NCBI RefSeq assembly: GCF_009834535.1
Contig: NC_045697.1
Coordinates: 88,910,001-88,974,000, forward strand
Length of the DNA: 64,000 nt
From: Camelus ferus
Lineage: Eukaryota
Direction of reading: 5' to 3'
Below the pieces are notes generated by a model, which did no database searches, was not told where the DNA came from, and saw only the letters and a list, made by a program, of their open reading frames with translations. Each line of letters starts with the position of its first letter. The first letter of the stretch is position 1. A program made the position numbers and the translations under genes. This document shows, piece after piece, positions 1-14,349 of the stretch.

Positions 1-1589
1 ATAAATTTGTTTTTAAAAATCTAAATTTCTTTTGTTGTTGTTCAAACCAAGATGTTAAGGTGGTCTTTCCCAACAGGATTCAAAAAAGTGTATAGTTGAG
101 ACTGATGGGATCAATGATTTGGGTTTTTATACTCATAGATTTTTCTCGGAGAGTGCCTATGTCCAAATATTTAAGTGTACCTGACCACGCCCCCTAAATT
201 GATTAGCCTTTGTTCCCCATTTACAGTTCAGGAGGTGAAGTTTGTGATTTTGTAACCCATGTACAGGTTTTCACAATATGAAGGTTATACTGACCGCACC
301 TGCAAAGTATATTAATCTATGTACTTAATATATTCTACTTTTAACAAACTCTAAAAGAAATTTTCAAAAAAGAAAGGAAAGGAAGAAAATAAAACCTTAC
401 TTAGTCCAGGAACACATGTGAAAATTATGAATAATCTTACAGTGGGGAAGAAAATGGAATGAATGGGCTGTGACTTTCCTGATAGCAAATAAATAATCAA
501 TAGTACAGCCAATAGGTCTTATTTGATTCTCTACTGAATGATACTGATATTGTATTAAGAAAATAAAAATACACTTCTATAGAACAATCTGTCACAAATC
601 CAGTTAGGAAATATCAGAGAAGCGAGTCCTCCTACGACACAGCATCTCTCTGGTGTGACGGCTTGTACAGGCTCAGAATAAATTTCTCCCTGCCTGTTTC
701 TCCAGTGTGACACATTGCCACCATACTTAAAGCCGAATTCCTGTGCCTCTAAATTAGTAACTTGTTTATTTTCGTTATTTCCCCTTAGCATGGAAGGGTA
801 TTCTGAATTTTTACTGTTTTGCCTTGAAAGTAGGTTCCCGGTTTTATTTATAAAAGAAAAAATGTGTTTATGACCCCATGATGTAGAAAATTGTGTTCAG
901 TTAGCAATGTCATGAAAGCTGACTCACTTATGATTTCAAATCAGAACAACTGTGGCTACAAAATCAAGCCACAAAAGCATAACTAAATTAAACAAAAACT
1001 TTGATTGTGTTTTAAGCATAGTTATTATGATGAAATAGATTACCTATGCACAACAATGTCTAGTTGTGCATATAAAATGTCATGAGACATTTAATGAAGG
1101 CATTAGTGCTGTCATGCTGCGAAGTAGGAAATAGCTTTACAGAAATAAACTCTCCTTTTTGCCAATGAATGGAAATTAAGAACTTTAAAAAATTTCTCTA
1201 CTACTTAATTTCATAAGAAATAAAGAAATTTATTAAGAAATTAAGAAACATCTCATTTCTTCAAATTGGAAAACTAAAAACTACTCTAACAAATGTGTTA
1301 AATTATTACAATAATTTAAAGTTATAGAACAGTGGTATTAGAACAAATTTACATTTGCATGAAAAAAAAAACCATAGAATACCGCAGTAACAGAACACAG
1401 ATGGGACTGGCCTTATACCCTAAATTTTGCCTACTCAGTGATTATGACATAGCTGTCTGAATGAAGCCTGAATTATCAGAGCTGACCTACAATGATCTGT
1501 ACTATAATTTTATAATTTCTTAGGCAAGAGATTTCCCCCCAGGGCCCTCTTCTTCTCCATCTGTGAAATGTGAATATTTCCTGTTGCAT

Positions 1590-1720
1590 GGATCAGTTTC
1601 CCCCACTAAAATGGAAACACTATGTTAAGATACTTGTCTGCTTTTTTGATGGTCACAACTTCATCTTCTAGCATTCCTGGCCCATAATAGGCATTCAGTC
1701 AATAATAATTGATTCAATTA
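1590..1720 (+). mobile_element. L2 3' end fragment (a MIR-like fragment lies just upstream, ~1490-1575)
   Basis: ctagcattcctggcccataataggcattcagtcaata resembles the L2 3' terminal consensus. Confidence 0.45.
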
Positions 1721-2383
1721 ACAAGATAATGTTTGAGAAGTCTTTAGACACTGAAAAATGTGCTGGTTAGTATTATTGTTTCAGAAAAAAAAAGCATGCA
1801 TAATCTGTAGTAAAGAATAAATCTTAGTAAGTATTTGAAAATGTGTATGATGTGCTTTTTATTTTTATATTCTGCTTTACAGCAGGTATATATATAAGTC
1901 AAGGAATATTTCTTGAGGGTGCAAGGATTGTAATTTGACAAGTAAGCTAAATGCAATTAATTCTTGCCTTTGAAAAGTCTGAGTCAAGGAAATCTCTACA
2001 GTGAAAATTATACTGTAAAAGTTTCAACTCTCCAGTTATCATATATGAAAAATGAAGTGGCATTGACAAGAGAAAATAAATTCAGTGAAAACATTGAAAT
2101 ATGTTCACCATTTGTGATTTCTCTGAAAACAGGAGTTCCTTCCAAGATGATTATGTAAATTACTTCCTAAATATTATAATGTACATCTTTACAATAGGAC
2201 AACTAAACAAGACTTTGAACTCTGATATAATATTCCAGTTTCTTTGTGTCAACTAAAGTGTTCTTATATTTCTTTTCTCCAAAGATAGGGTCTCACATGA
2301 TAGATTTTTACATATGGTTATACAGTAATGGTGTTAATATATTTATGTGTAAGATATTTTTTAATGAGTTTGATACTTTTCAG

Positions 2384-2488
2384 GGAAAATGTGTGAATCT
2401 TCAGTCAATTACTGTGAATGTAACCCCTGCTTTAATGGTGGTTCTTGCCAAAGTGGTGTAGAGTCTTACTATTGCCATTGTCCATTTG
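2384..2488 (+). CDS. FAT4: FAT4 internal coding exon (EGF-like repeat: [35 protein letters not shown]); upstream exons lie outside the window
   Basis: Acceptor tactttt-cag at 2381-2383; donor G|gtgagt at 2489; six-cysteine EGF pattern; 105 nt, phase 1-1; peptide matches recalled FAT4 sequence. Confidence 0.95.
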
Positions 2489-5314
2489 GTGAGTATAACT
2501 TAGTCATTGATGTAAAATATCAACCTGTTCTGGTGCACAGTTTAGCAATTCTGTTTTGTTGTGTCCAAGAGTGAATAAGAAAAATGTTAGTGGTTTTACA
2601 CAGGCAGTTAGCAAACTAAAATCTAAAGGTTTAATATTTTTTAAGTTAATTATGGAAATTCCATTGAATATATTGCTTCGATCATTCCTAGAAAAATAGT
2701 CAACCAAGATAATTGAATTTGATGTTATTAGCCTAGAACTTATCAAATGAAAATCCTTTCAGGGCTATTTGATGTCACTGTGTACTAAAACTCTTTAAGA
2801 ATAGTGCAACTGTTTTTGTTCTGTTTTGCTTTTGGTTTTTTTTACATTTACTTTTTACAGTAATTCAACCACTTCTATTAGAAGGATTTTGTAACTTGAC
2901 ATGCAGTTTTCGTGACTTTTTTGTAGATAGTATCATGTAACTAATTAACATTCAGAATAATGTGTTCTTTTGAGGAAGAAAATTAAGAGGGTTTTTTTTG
3001 TATACATACATATTTATTCACCATAATGAAATGAACTTAAAAGATTCCTTCCAGGTCTCACCCAAATGTTACCTGGTACTGAGACAGCCAAGAACTAGGA
3101 GAACAGCTTTGCAGGAAGCTTTCCTTTTAACTTGGTTTGTTTCATAGGGCAGTGATTATTCCATTTAGTTAAAGGCTGCTTCACTCCACAATATAGTGTT
3201 CATCTTCAGAATCCTGCAGTAGTTAGAGACCTGTCTTTCTCCATTAGCAGGAGAGAAGGATATTTTCCTAGTCCTTCCTTGGACATATTTATTAGAGTGC
3301 TACAATGCACCTGAAAAGTGAATCTCAATATATAGTAGAGAATAGAACTTAGAAAGGAATCGGAGGTTTCTAGTAACCAGTAAATGTAATTTTAACTCAT
3401 TTTCAAGTAATTCCATGACTCTATAAAAGAATGATAAAGAGAAACAGAATATAAAAATACCTAGTTGTGAGCTATGCATTTTAGCAGTGGTTCTGAGGCC
3501 CAAAGATCGAGGGCTTTGTCTAAAGCCAAACAATGAAAACAAAACAAAACTACCCCAAAATGATATAGTGACTAGAACACAATTTTATTTTCATTTCAGG
3601 ATGATATTCACAGTGCCTCTCTCTTTTTTTTTTTTTTTTTTAAACTTCTTTGAGATTCTCACTAACAATGCCCCTGAAGCAGTAAAGATCATCAAGGTCA
3701 AAATAACCACAATGTTAGATCTCGTAAAATTTCTTTCTTTCCATGATCTCTTATAATCCGAAAGGGTGCTGCTTACTACAGATAACCACAATCAAGTTTC
3801 ATGGTTTAACTTGTGTTTTGGATGGAAAGATAAGGAGATTGGAGGTAAAAGTAGAAAAATTATTTTCAAATGACTGAATGAATGTTTTTACATTTTTCAA
3901 GATTCCATTGCATTCCAGTTGTGCATGTGAGGATTTGAGATAGCTGATAACAAATAGGAACACATTGTTGCTACAGTGTAATTGATACAACGGACATTGC
4001 CTGTTGGCTGAAAGTTTTTTGGTGTCCAAAGGAACCTTCTCCTCACCATACCAGAAATCCTCAGGGGAAGGAGACTAGAACAATAACGTAAATTAAAATA
4101 GAGACAGATCACATGTAGCAAGCAGTGCACATTTTCTCCCCATTCCTTGCAGTGGCGAAGACAAAAAACATTGTTTAAACATAGACATCATTAGTTGAGA
4201 TCAGAAGCCTTATAAAAGAAAACAGAACAAAAAACCTTGAAACAATGCAGATATGAGACCAGCGAGATAGAACTAAAAGGATAAACTATTTTGCTTCACA
4301 AATTGAGTATAGGTGAAACATAACAAATAAAAATGGCAGATGGAATGCCTTAAACAAATAACTGGAGGTTATTTGTATAATATGTGTTGTATCAAAGATC
4401 ATCTTAATTGTAATTTTGAAACTGGGAAAACTTTTGCACTATTTATTTTCTCATCAGTGAAAGATTTGCTGGTTGGACTTAAAAATGTTTTAAATTTTTT
4501 TTTTTGGTTATGTTTTAGAAAAAACATGAAGTGCTTAAGATTTTATAAAGAGAACCTTTATAGTTATAACTTTATATACATGTATAACTTCATATACACA
4601 AAAATATTTCTTATTGAAGTAATTTAAATAAATTCTCTTGACCTTTATGTAGATTCATTTTGTGGCATTCCTTTTGGAAGGAAATTTTGAAATCCTCATT
4701 AATTTTTTTTTCAAAGACAAAAATTTACCTTTGTTTAGAAATAATAACAAAACTCCTTAAAAAGATAATATATTCTATAAAAAGTTATCATGTTTAAAAA
4801 TATAGTATTAATTTAAATAAAATGTAGAACATCTTTTGAGTAGCTATGTACTTTGTACATTTATTTATACTCAAATTTGAAGCACATTTTTGTAGATTTA
4901 TTAAAATTTAATCATAAGAGACCTGAAGGAGCACACAGTAAAAATGTTTCTTTAATAATCTATTTTATTTGTATGCTTTATTTTTCCTTTTTATTTAACT
5001 TTACTTTGTCTGTATATATAAATAATATATATAACAAAAAATAAACTTGAAAATTTATCATATATATGAATTATATATAAAATATAAACATTATATGATC
5101 AATATATTTATGATATATAAACAAACATATGACATATAATATATATGATATGCATAATACATATAATTCCTATATTTTTAATATTTTCTTTAACTTTAGT
5201 AAATGATTAAAATAAATTATTTGATTTTCCTACTCATTTATAATGAATATTATTTCAGCCTTTACACATGCTGCTTTTAGGCTGTTTTAATTTAAAGAAC
5301 GTTCGGATATAAAA

Positions 5315-5428
5315 TGTGATGTAGTCAAAACAACCAGACAATCAGTAGATCTGGCCTCAAATTTTGGCTCTGCCTCCCATGGTTCTATGACCTTGGACAA
5401 GTTCTAAATATTCTGTAAAATGATGACA
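5315..5428 (+). mobile_element. MIR SINE fragment
   Basis: ttggctctgcctccc...tatgaccttggacaagtt...ctgtaaaatg, MIR core motifs. Confidence 0.6.
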
Positions 5429-6309
5429 TCGGTTTCTTCTAGCAGAACAATTCCCTGAATCTAAATTTAACGCATTCACATGAGATGTACAGCCAAAATT
5501 ATGGAATGAAACCTTTGTAAGTTAATAAGAGTCATGATATATTGGCATGGGTTAATTTTCCGATCATTTGCTACAGTCTACTAATATTTGTGGGAAAAGA
5601 ATTTTGGCGTAGCATCGTAACATCAATAAAACTCATTTTTCAAGTCTGAAAAAGAACCAGCACAAACAAGAGGGAATGCCGGATTGTAGAAAAACAGAAA
5701 GCTATTTTCAAAGTAGGCTGCTGTAAATCATACCTAAGAGGGTCTAAAACAAGATAGAGATACAAACTTAAAACGGTTATTTTCTTCCTAAAGGCACTGA
5801 TTCCTTTTCCCTAATTTTGCGACTCTTGAAGATACCACAAGTACAGGGGCTGATTTTCTTTTTAGGTCAAAACAAAATTTACCATCCTTAATTGAATTAA
5901 AATTGTTTTTAAGAATTATATATTATGAAAGAAATAATGTGGTTGAAAACCACAGCATATTAAACTTGAAAGAAGATTGACAAACTGATTTTGAAAATTT
6001 CCCAGGAAAGAAAGCTCTTCAGACCTACTCAATTCCACTAAGTCTAATTTTTTAAAAATGAAGCACAGTTAGATATGTTTTCTCATTGGCCAAAGAAAAA
6101 TAATTATACCAGTTTATCATTTCTTATATGCCTTAAAGATCATTGTTCTTTTTTATTTCAATTAACTTTAGATGACAGTCTTTGGAGAGTAATGAAAAGT
6201 TGTTTAAAGCCTGATTCATTATTATAACTGAAAAATGTTTTAATTCAAGTCCGTTAATAAAACTTCACTTGAATGTGATGTGTTAACCTGTCAACTTTCC
6301 CATCTACAG

Positions 6310-6617
6310 GTGTCTTTGGAAAACACTGCGAGTTGAATAGTTACGGATTTGAGGAATTATCATACATGGAATTTCCCAGCTTGGACCCCAATAACAACTA
6401 TATTTATGTCAAATTTGCAACTATTAAAAGTCATGCTTTATTGCTTTACAACTATGACAACCAGACAGGGGACCGTGCCGAGTTTTTGGCCCTTGAAATT
6501 GCTGAGGAAAGACTAAGATTCTCTTATAATTTAGGCAGTGGTACCTATAAACTCACCACCATGAAGAAGGTGTCAGATGGTCATTTCCACACTGTGATTG
6601 CTCGGAGAGCAGGAATG
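6310..6617 (+). CDS. FAT4: FAT4 coding exon, start of laminin-G domain 1 (VFGKHCELNSYGFEELSYMEFPSLDPNNNY...ARRAGM)
   Basis: Acceptor ctacag ending 6309; donor ATG|gtaaga at 6618; open frame overlaps ORF 6333-6695 and joins the previous exon in frame. Confidence 0.96.
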
Positions 6618-6838
6618 GTAAGACATTTAATCCACATTAACAGTTGTTTTATTGTTGTATATCCAGTCAATCAGGCTGGAAATTGGAAAAGTTAAAGCAT
6701 GAATTGTGGTACAAATTGAGTTCAATTATGTGTATTCATTATCTGACCAATTTTGTGATGAACAGCAGCAGCAAACAGGTAACATTTGTCTTTTGCTCCT
6801 GACAACTATGCTTATCTCAAAAAAACCTCATCTCAAAG

Positions 6839-6904
6839 AATAAATAAATAAATAAATAAATGAATAAATGAATAATAAATAAATAAATAAATAAATAAAT
6901 AAAT
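6839..6904. repeat. (TAAA)n microsatellite
   Basis: Directly visible imperfect tetranucleotide run. Confidence 0.95.
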
Positions 6905-9900
6905 GGGAAAGAAGAAAAGAAATATCCCAGTGCATAAAGATTCCACTTTACACATTTCTCATACATTCTTAAGGACTATGCCAGGCTTGTACTTAAAATG
7001 GCTCCTTTGCTTTTCTAAATATCCCTGCCCAAGTTGAAGAAACAATGTAAAAACAAATGGGAACAACTTTTCTACAAATAATTACTGATAAAAGATGATA
7101 CTTACCACATATTTCAATATAGTGGGTAATAACCCTGATTACACCAGGACTTCAATATACTGTGACCTGTGAGGTCTATGGCATGAGACTGTGTTGGGAT
7201 GAAGTATTGGTTTTTGATCATCTAAGATATTCTCAGAATTGAATTATCATTTAATTATATGACTCTCATGTCATAACAAGAAAGGTGCATGTTTATTTAG
7301 CACTTGTGTTCATTAAATGAGTTTTTCTTAATGTTTGAAAACATTTGACATAGAGTAATGGAATGAAAGGACTGATTGATTCATTCATTCATTCATTTAT
7401 CCCAACTATCTCTCCATAGTTCCCTCCATCTTCAACAGTTATCAAAGATTTTTGATAAAGTAAATGGTAACAAAAACTATTTTAAAACATTTTTAGATTT
7501 TTATATCAACCTGTTAAAATCATGCTGCTTAAAATTTATATTTCACCCTGGAAAAGGAATAGAATTGGCCAAATAATTAAACCAAGTATTAAAAGAAAAA
7601 TTTGTCAAAAGAACAAAATAAATGCTTTGAAATTTTTTTTTTTTAAGGAAGAAGCCTGGGATCTAAAGGATTAGTTTTTACCTCTGGGCTCTATGGTAAT
7701 CTAGAAAAAAATATGAAAAATGTGGTAATTATATAGTTCTGAAACTGATCAAATGAGGGAAGTATTTTTGCCACTAAATTTTGGGAACACTTTTTATTGT
7801 TGGACTACATATAAGCAACTTTCAGAAACGATATTAAAAATCTTTTTTCCGTATTTTTGTTGTTTTTTTCTGTAATCCATAATTAATTTTAAAAGCAAAA
7901 ATGTTGTGTCCTCTATAATTACCAATTTCATAAAGGCATAAGACAGAAGCTACCTTATAATATTAATTTTTTTCTGACAAATATGGATAACAAGTAGTCT
8001 TTGGGAAAGGACAAAATTCTCCATTTGTTTTCAGGAATATTTTAAATCCATGTTGAAATGGCATCAGATACAGTGGCCTTTTCTCCCCTCCACTCTAATT
8101 TATTAAATTAAAGAAGATCTAAGCAGCTTTTAAAATACAGAACTATTTCCAGTTATGAGAAAAAAAAGAATAGTGATTCACTCTAAAGTGACCAAATAAT
8201 TATGTTGGCATGATCAGAGTTAGCTGTTCAGATATTTCATCAACTGATATCACTACATCCATGGTCCTGCTTTCAGGACCCTACCAGATTATTAAATGTA
8301 TGCTATTTGAATGAGGGGAGAGGGGAGAAAACAGAAAAAGCAGTGCAAATTTATTTTTATGAATTATTTTCATTAAATACTGTCTTCCATTTCCTTATGA
8401 ACTTGGTATTAATATTCTGAGTAACTGTAATTTCTTCTAATACATTTAATTTATAAAGTGTTTACTTAACAAAATTGCCCCCAACATTCTGAAAATGAGA
8501 ACAAAATGAGAATAAAATTTACTAATGGTACTTGTTAATTTAGAATATTCAGATTCTAAAATACTCCATTAAAAATCTACTGAAAAGTACTCATTTGGAG
8601 CCCTGATTTGATAGTAATTCAAGATGGTTTTGCTTATTGGAAAGGGATTGGGCAGAAAATCAAAATTTGGTCTATAAGTGAGGATATTATCTCCTCATTT
8701 TAGTATTATTGCAAATGCAAATATAAATTATATCTAAAATTGCATATATTTTGCATAAAAAGGTGCTTAATAAATGTTAGTCATCCCAAGCTGCCCACAA
8801 CATGACCTTGTACAGCCTTCTGAAGTAAAAAACAGTCAAATGTTTTGCTTAATCTCAGTAAAGTTTAAATTATGAGTAGTGACTACGAAGCCACCCTGAC
8901 TTCAATGAACCTTAGTAGAGGTATAACAGACACATCTTGGGAATAATAATTTTTCAGATTAGTGATAGGTTACTACACCCATTTCTGCCTGAGTTTTTTT
9001 TAAACCAACATAATATCAAATTAGTGTGCTCAGAAGATCTTCAGGACAACATGAATTTAGAAAATTCCAATATCCCTGATTACTGAGGTACCCAGTTACA
9101 CTGAACCTGACAGAAGTAGAACAAACATGTGGAGTCTGGTATGTACATGTAGACTGGCGCTTCTGTTGGCCATAATGGTTTTCTAACCCTGACCGGTGAA
9201 CCTAAGGGGGTTAGTAGGTACCACCTCACCCCAGCCCTCCAAGCATATGGAAGGTAACCGTATTGCTAACATGTTCTCCATGGACCTACAAAGAATAGAG
9301 AATTTTACCCGATGACCTCCGAGATCCCCTTAAACTTCCTGAGCATTTGATTTTATCAGACAAGGGCTTAGGAGCAAGAGGGAGAACAAAGAAAGAGGCC
9401 CTGTGAGGCATGCCTAACAGGAAAGAGAAAAAAGTTATTTTGGTTCATTTTGTAATATGTCACCGTAGTCATCAGATTTTGAGTAATCCTAGAAGTGGAA
9501 AAAAATACCCTTGTCATTGTTACTTCAGTCAGAGGAAAAAATATCTTACTATTTCAGAAATCACCTAAAATAAGGCCCCTACTGGATTTTGAATCTGTCG
9601 TTTTCTAAAGTTCAAAGGATTTTGTTGGAAACTGGCAAAATCATTAACTTCTCAGCTCTGAACCATCACATAGACAGGATAAAAACATCTCAATTTACAG
9701 CAGTACTGGTAGAAAAATTCAACAGTAAAAGACAATGCATTTAACTCTGAAGATTAAATGGAATGAGCTATTATTCAACTAAAACTGTCGTTCAGGTATT
9801 TTTTCCTTTGAGTTGTAGTACCAAGCTTTTAGAAAATAAGAAAAATATATTAAGTATTAATATTAACCAAAATATGATACTGTTATGCGAGTTGTTTTTT

Positions 9901-11852
9901 TTTTCCTATTTAAGGCATTCAAAAATATCCTCTGTCTAGCTTGTGATAGCTTTAGGGATCTCTAGCGTGGAGGATACTTTACATAGTATACATAGAGATG
10001 TGCTAACATTTTGTTTTAGAAATAAACTGAAAGGAATTGTGCTTAAATTGAATAGTCAACATAAGCATACATTGTATTATGAAAACCTAACACCTCTTTT
10101 GAGATTGAATGCCACTTAATTTTATAGATTGCTGGAAAAAATTATTAACTGTTGAAAGAGTTAACTAGCTAGGGCATGAAAGTCTTAACATAGAATTAGA
10201 AGTGTAAATGTTTCCTAAAAATGTTAGTATTTATTATAATTTCCTTGAGACAGTGGCAAGAAAAAAATTACACAGCTTATGAGAGTTTATTGTATGGAGT
10301 TTATAATCAGTTGGAATAATTAATTTATAGAAATATTTTAAAATATAGCCAGTAACATTTGAAATAACTATAAATTGACCCTATTTATTATTTCTGAAGT
10401 GTAAGGTATTTAAGATATACCTTTACAAGTATCCCACCTAAACATATTTTTATGGATAATCCCTCAAAATCATATGCAATACTGATAAAAATGTGATACT
10501 AAGGAAACAAATCATTTCCATACATAATTAAAGCGACCTGATTCAGGAAGACAGAAAACCTGACACTTTTGCATGTAAGTCAGAGGTCATGTTAGTTAAC
10601 TTGCTTAACCTCTCTATGCTATGTTTCCTACATTTGCTTTACTTTTATTAAAATTAACCTCAAATGACTACCATTGTTATAAATTAATACTTTCATAGTA
10701 TTTGTATTTCTGCTCCACAAATAGACAAAGTTGGAGTAGTCCTGTCCTGTGGTATTAAGTAAATTTACGTACAACCCTTTATTGTCTGCATTGGGAAAAA
10801 CCCTCAGTCCTTTTGTGCCTCTGGATTTGGGGTCCTGCCTCTTCCTGTGATTTACTGGCCAAGTTCTGAAATACTACACTCTGAATATCAACTTTATAAT
10901 TTCACCCATTAAAATATCCAAAGTTTTATCATTTGCAGAGTTTCCCTGCAGTTTGAGAAACAAAGGAGGGGAATCAAAGAGCACAGAGTAAGGTGGACAT
11001 GCAACAACCTTGGTTTTAAGCCCTTCCCACCGGTCATTCACCCAATATAGAGAGCCCTGATTTCTATCATGTTATTGGGCCTTGTGACTATGACTTGATG
11101 ACTTTGTTTATTGATCAAATGGAATGTTAATATGTTCTCCTAAACAGAAGGCTTTTGTTTCAGGGGAATATGTATCCCTTAGGAAGCAAAAACTGTTACT
11201 GCTAGTTGTGATTTAAATGGTTTTGAGGAGTTTTTTACTGTATAGAAATATATAATAATGTGTTCCAAATATACATAACTATGCTATATTATGCTATTAT
11301 GATTCTTATAAATTAAAAGAGTAATTCATTTGTTTAAATTATCTCAAACTTTAATACAAGAATTACAATCTTCTATTATAGGTTGCTATAATATTTAAAT
11401 TGTCCTTTCAAAATCTTTTTGTGAATAAGACTGAAATATTATTGGAAATAGACTTCTGAAAATCAGAAATCTAGTGTCTTTTCATTTGTTAAAATAGCTA
11501 GATAGTAAAATAAACATTTTTCTTAAGATTGGAACCCCAGGAAGCTGTCCCAGAGATGTTAATGGCATTTTTATTCTTTCATCTGTAAAACAAGGAGGCT
11601 AGAGAAGATTTTAAAAGCCCTCTCCCACTGCCTACATGTAATCATTTCACAATTTTAGCTTTAAATATATGAAGGAAAGTACGTACCCCTAATTTGATAC
11701 TGTATTATAACTGTACTATAATATACTACATCAAAATGTTATTGCAATTTTAAAGTCATATCCACACAGAAATAAATCCGAGGTCGTGCTGGCGAAAAGG
11801 ACAATTGTGACAGTTGAACCCAAGCTGAACATTTCTTTCTCTTGCTTTATAG

Positions 11853-11938
11853 GCAGCTTCCTTAACTGTGGACTCTTGTTCTGAGAACCAAGAACCAGGG
11901 TACTGCACTGTTAGTAATGTGGCAGTTTCGGATGACTG
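11853..11938 (+). CDS. FAT4: FAT4 coding exon (AASLTVDSCSENQEPGYCTVSNVAVSDDW), laminin-G 1
   Basis: Polypyrimidine tract plus tag ending 11852; donor TG|gtaagt at 11939; 86 nt, phase 0-2; read manually, absent from the ORF track. Confidence 0.94.
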
Positions 11939-12801
11939 GTAAGTATAAGTATTATTTTAATCTTTGTTATTACTTGTCATTCAAAAGGAATTTATGCTTT
12001 CAAACGTAATTTTATTATGCTAAATATTATATAGTTTAACATATTTTATCGTCTCCAAAGAGATTTTCATACTGTAAAATAAAAAGTTAATAATTAGTTT
12101 ACAAAATTTGTAAAGAAGGTGTAAAATGAAGTGGTAAAGATGAGGGAAAAGCTAGACAAAGATTAACATAGCCTCTACCCTTTGAAAAGCTTCATGAAAT
12201 AGTTGCATCTGACCTGGGTCCTGCAAGAAGGTTAGGATAAGGATCTCACCTCTTTTAAATGTATTTTCTGAGAGTTGTTTGTGACAGTTACTGACAAATA
12301 TTTGTCAGTAGCACCTGAAGTTGAAATACAACATTACCTCATCTAAAACATGAGTGATTTTAATAGAAATAGTAACAAACAGAGAAAAATAAATAGTGAC
12401 ACATTATCCATTGGCTTTAATCAACTTATTGGCATTCTTATCATCTCTGTAGTGAAGGAAAAATGTAATCTGATGTTAATATTAGAGTTGTCACTTCTAC
12501 TGCATTTTATTTTCTTTCTGATAGTATGCACCTTCTCGAAAACTCGACATTGTTATATACATCTCATGTGACTAACTGAAGATACCATTTCCATACGTTT
12601 TACTATTTTTCATACCCTGAAAAATGTAACAGTCCTGTAGGTATCTGTTTAGAGGACATGCGTTGATTAGGTAATGTTTTCCATTCAATTTACCACACTT
12701 TAATACATGCCAGAAAAGGCTGCAGTCACCCTTTAACTTAAACATTCTACCGAAATCCCTTTTATTGGTCCTAATATACTTATCTTTCCTTTCTTATGTA
12801 G

Positions 12802-12981
12802 GACTCTTGACGTTCAGCCAAATCGAGTCACAGTTGGAGGTATCAGGTCACTAGAACCAATCCTTCAAAGGAGAGGACATGTGGAAAGCCACGACTTTGT
12901 CGGGTGTATAATGGAGTTTGCTGTCAATGGGAGGCCACTGGAACCCAGCCAAGCTTTAGCAGCACAAGGCATCCTAGATCA
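12802..12981 (+). CDS. FAT4: FAT4 coding exon (TLDVQPNRVTVGGIRSLEP...HDFVGCIMEFAVNG...QGILDQ), end of laminin-G 1
   Basis: Acceptor ttatgtag ending 12801; donor CA|gtaagg at 12982; LamG C-terminal FVGCI motif; 180 nt, phase 2-2. Confidence 0.95.
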
Positions 12982-13298
12982 GTAAGGCAATCTTATTTTT
13001 TTACTATTTTAAAAAATAGATAATCGAGCATCAAAAAGATGAAATTGTTGTGCCAAAAGCCTTAAAAATACCAAATGTTTATGCTGTTTTGAATTTGAGT
13101 TATTTATTTTTAGCTGTGTAATTTGTGAAAATATATGGATGCATGCATATATGAATGTATAGGATTTGCCTTACAGGCTTGTGAAGAGTATGAGTTAAAT
13201 AAGTAAATCCCATAGAAAGGAACCTGGCACATAGTAATGTAAAAGTGTTAACAATAATATATACAAAAACTATTTGAAATTAATTCATTTTATATATA

Positions 13299-13431
13299 GG
13301 GGGGAAGGTATGGCTCAGTGGTAGAGCGTGTGCCTAGCATGCACAAGGTCCTGGGTTCAATCCCCAGTACCTCCATTAAAATAAATAAAGAAATAAAAAC
13401 CTAATTACCTCCCCCCAAAAAGAAAAAAGAA
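13299..13431 (+). mobile_element. tRNA-derived SINE, camelid Vic-1-like, with target-site duplication
   Basis: Pol III A box TGGCTCAGTGG and B box GGTTCAATCC; A-rich tail containing cctaattacctcccccc; 14-nt flanking direct repeat tcattttat(a/g)tata at 13285-13298 and 13432-13445. Confidence 0.85.
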
Positions 13432-14349
13432 TCATTTTATGTATAAATATACATATTCCCCAAAACTCAATATATTGTTAACAAGTAATAATTTGATTAA
13501 TTGCAAATTGTAAGGCTTTTTTTCCTATTTGAAAATCCCAGCAATGACTTAGGAATTGTGGAAATAATATATTTTATTTCAAAAATTATTCTTGTTCATA
13601 CTGAAAGTCTTTAAAATTCAAAAAAATATAAAGTAACCTATAAATGAACTACCCAGAGACAAACACTCTTAGGTTAACATTCATACTCACAACTGCCTAT
13701 TATCCCATAATATGGATGTGCCCTGTTTTAACTGAATATACACTTTAGTTGTTTCCAAATTTATTAACATATCAGTAACCCTGCGATTAGTATATTTTCA
13801 TAAAAATCTTGGCTCATGTTATTTTCATACTTGAGATTTCTGGGGATACGATTACAAAGCTGTGAATGTTTCTTGATATTTGTGAATTAATTATTTTAAT
13901 ACAATTTGACATTTGCCTTTACTTTCCTATATGCTGTTATTATGTTACTGAAAATTAGTACTTAAAGACTGAATTTTTCCACTTTAAAATAAGTTGGTCA
14001 AAAAATAAAGATCTAATTCATATGTATTGCCAAATTACTTTCTAGAAAGTTTATAGTAGCAGTATATGTGCATAGTTCACTGCTTCTATATCTGACATCT
14101 TAAAAAGAATATTCTTAAATTAATTTTCACTTAAGTTATACTTCATGTGAAGCATGTATTTTATAGAATACATCTTATCTGTTACTAGAGAAAAGTATGT
14201 TTTCTTTAATCCAGAAAAAATCCAGTTCTCAGCATTATTTTTTCCTTTCTGCAACTCAGCAACTATTCAATGCTTTTATTTAGAGTGAGTGCTCAGCAGA
14301 AGTCCAGCATGGGCAGCAAACATGGAGGTCCTGCGGTCAGGTCCCAGGC

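Noticed and set aside
5010..5185. AT-rich quasi-palindromic stretch
   Set aside because: Low-complexity (TA)-rich sequence; symmetry expected from composition
11850..11856. Possible alternative acceptor tagGCAG (+4 nt)
   Set aside because: Would shift the frame; no evidence of use from sequence alone
13299..13376. Apparent tRNA gene
   Set aside because: Followed by an A-rich tail and flanked by a TSD, so it is a tRNA-derived SINE head
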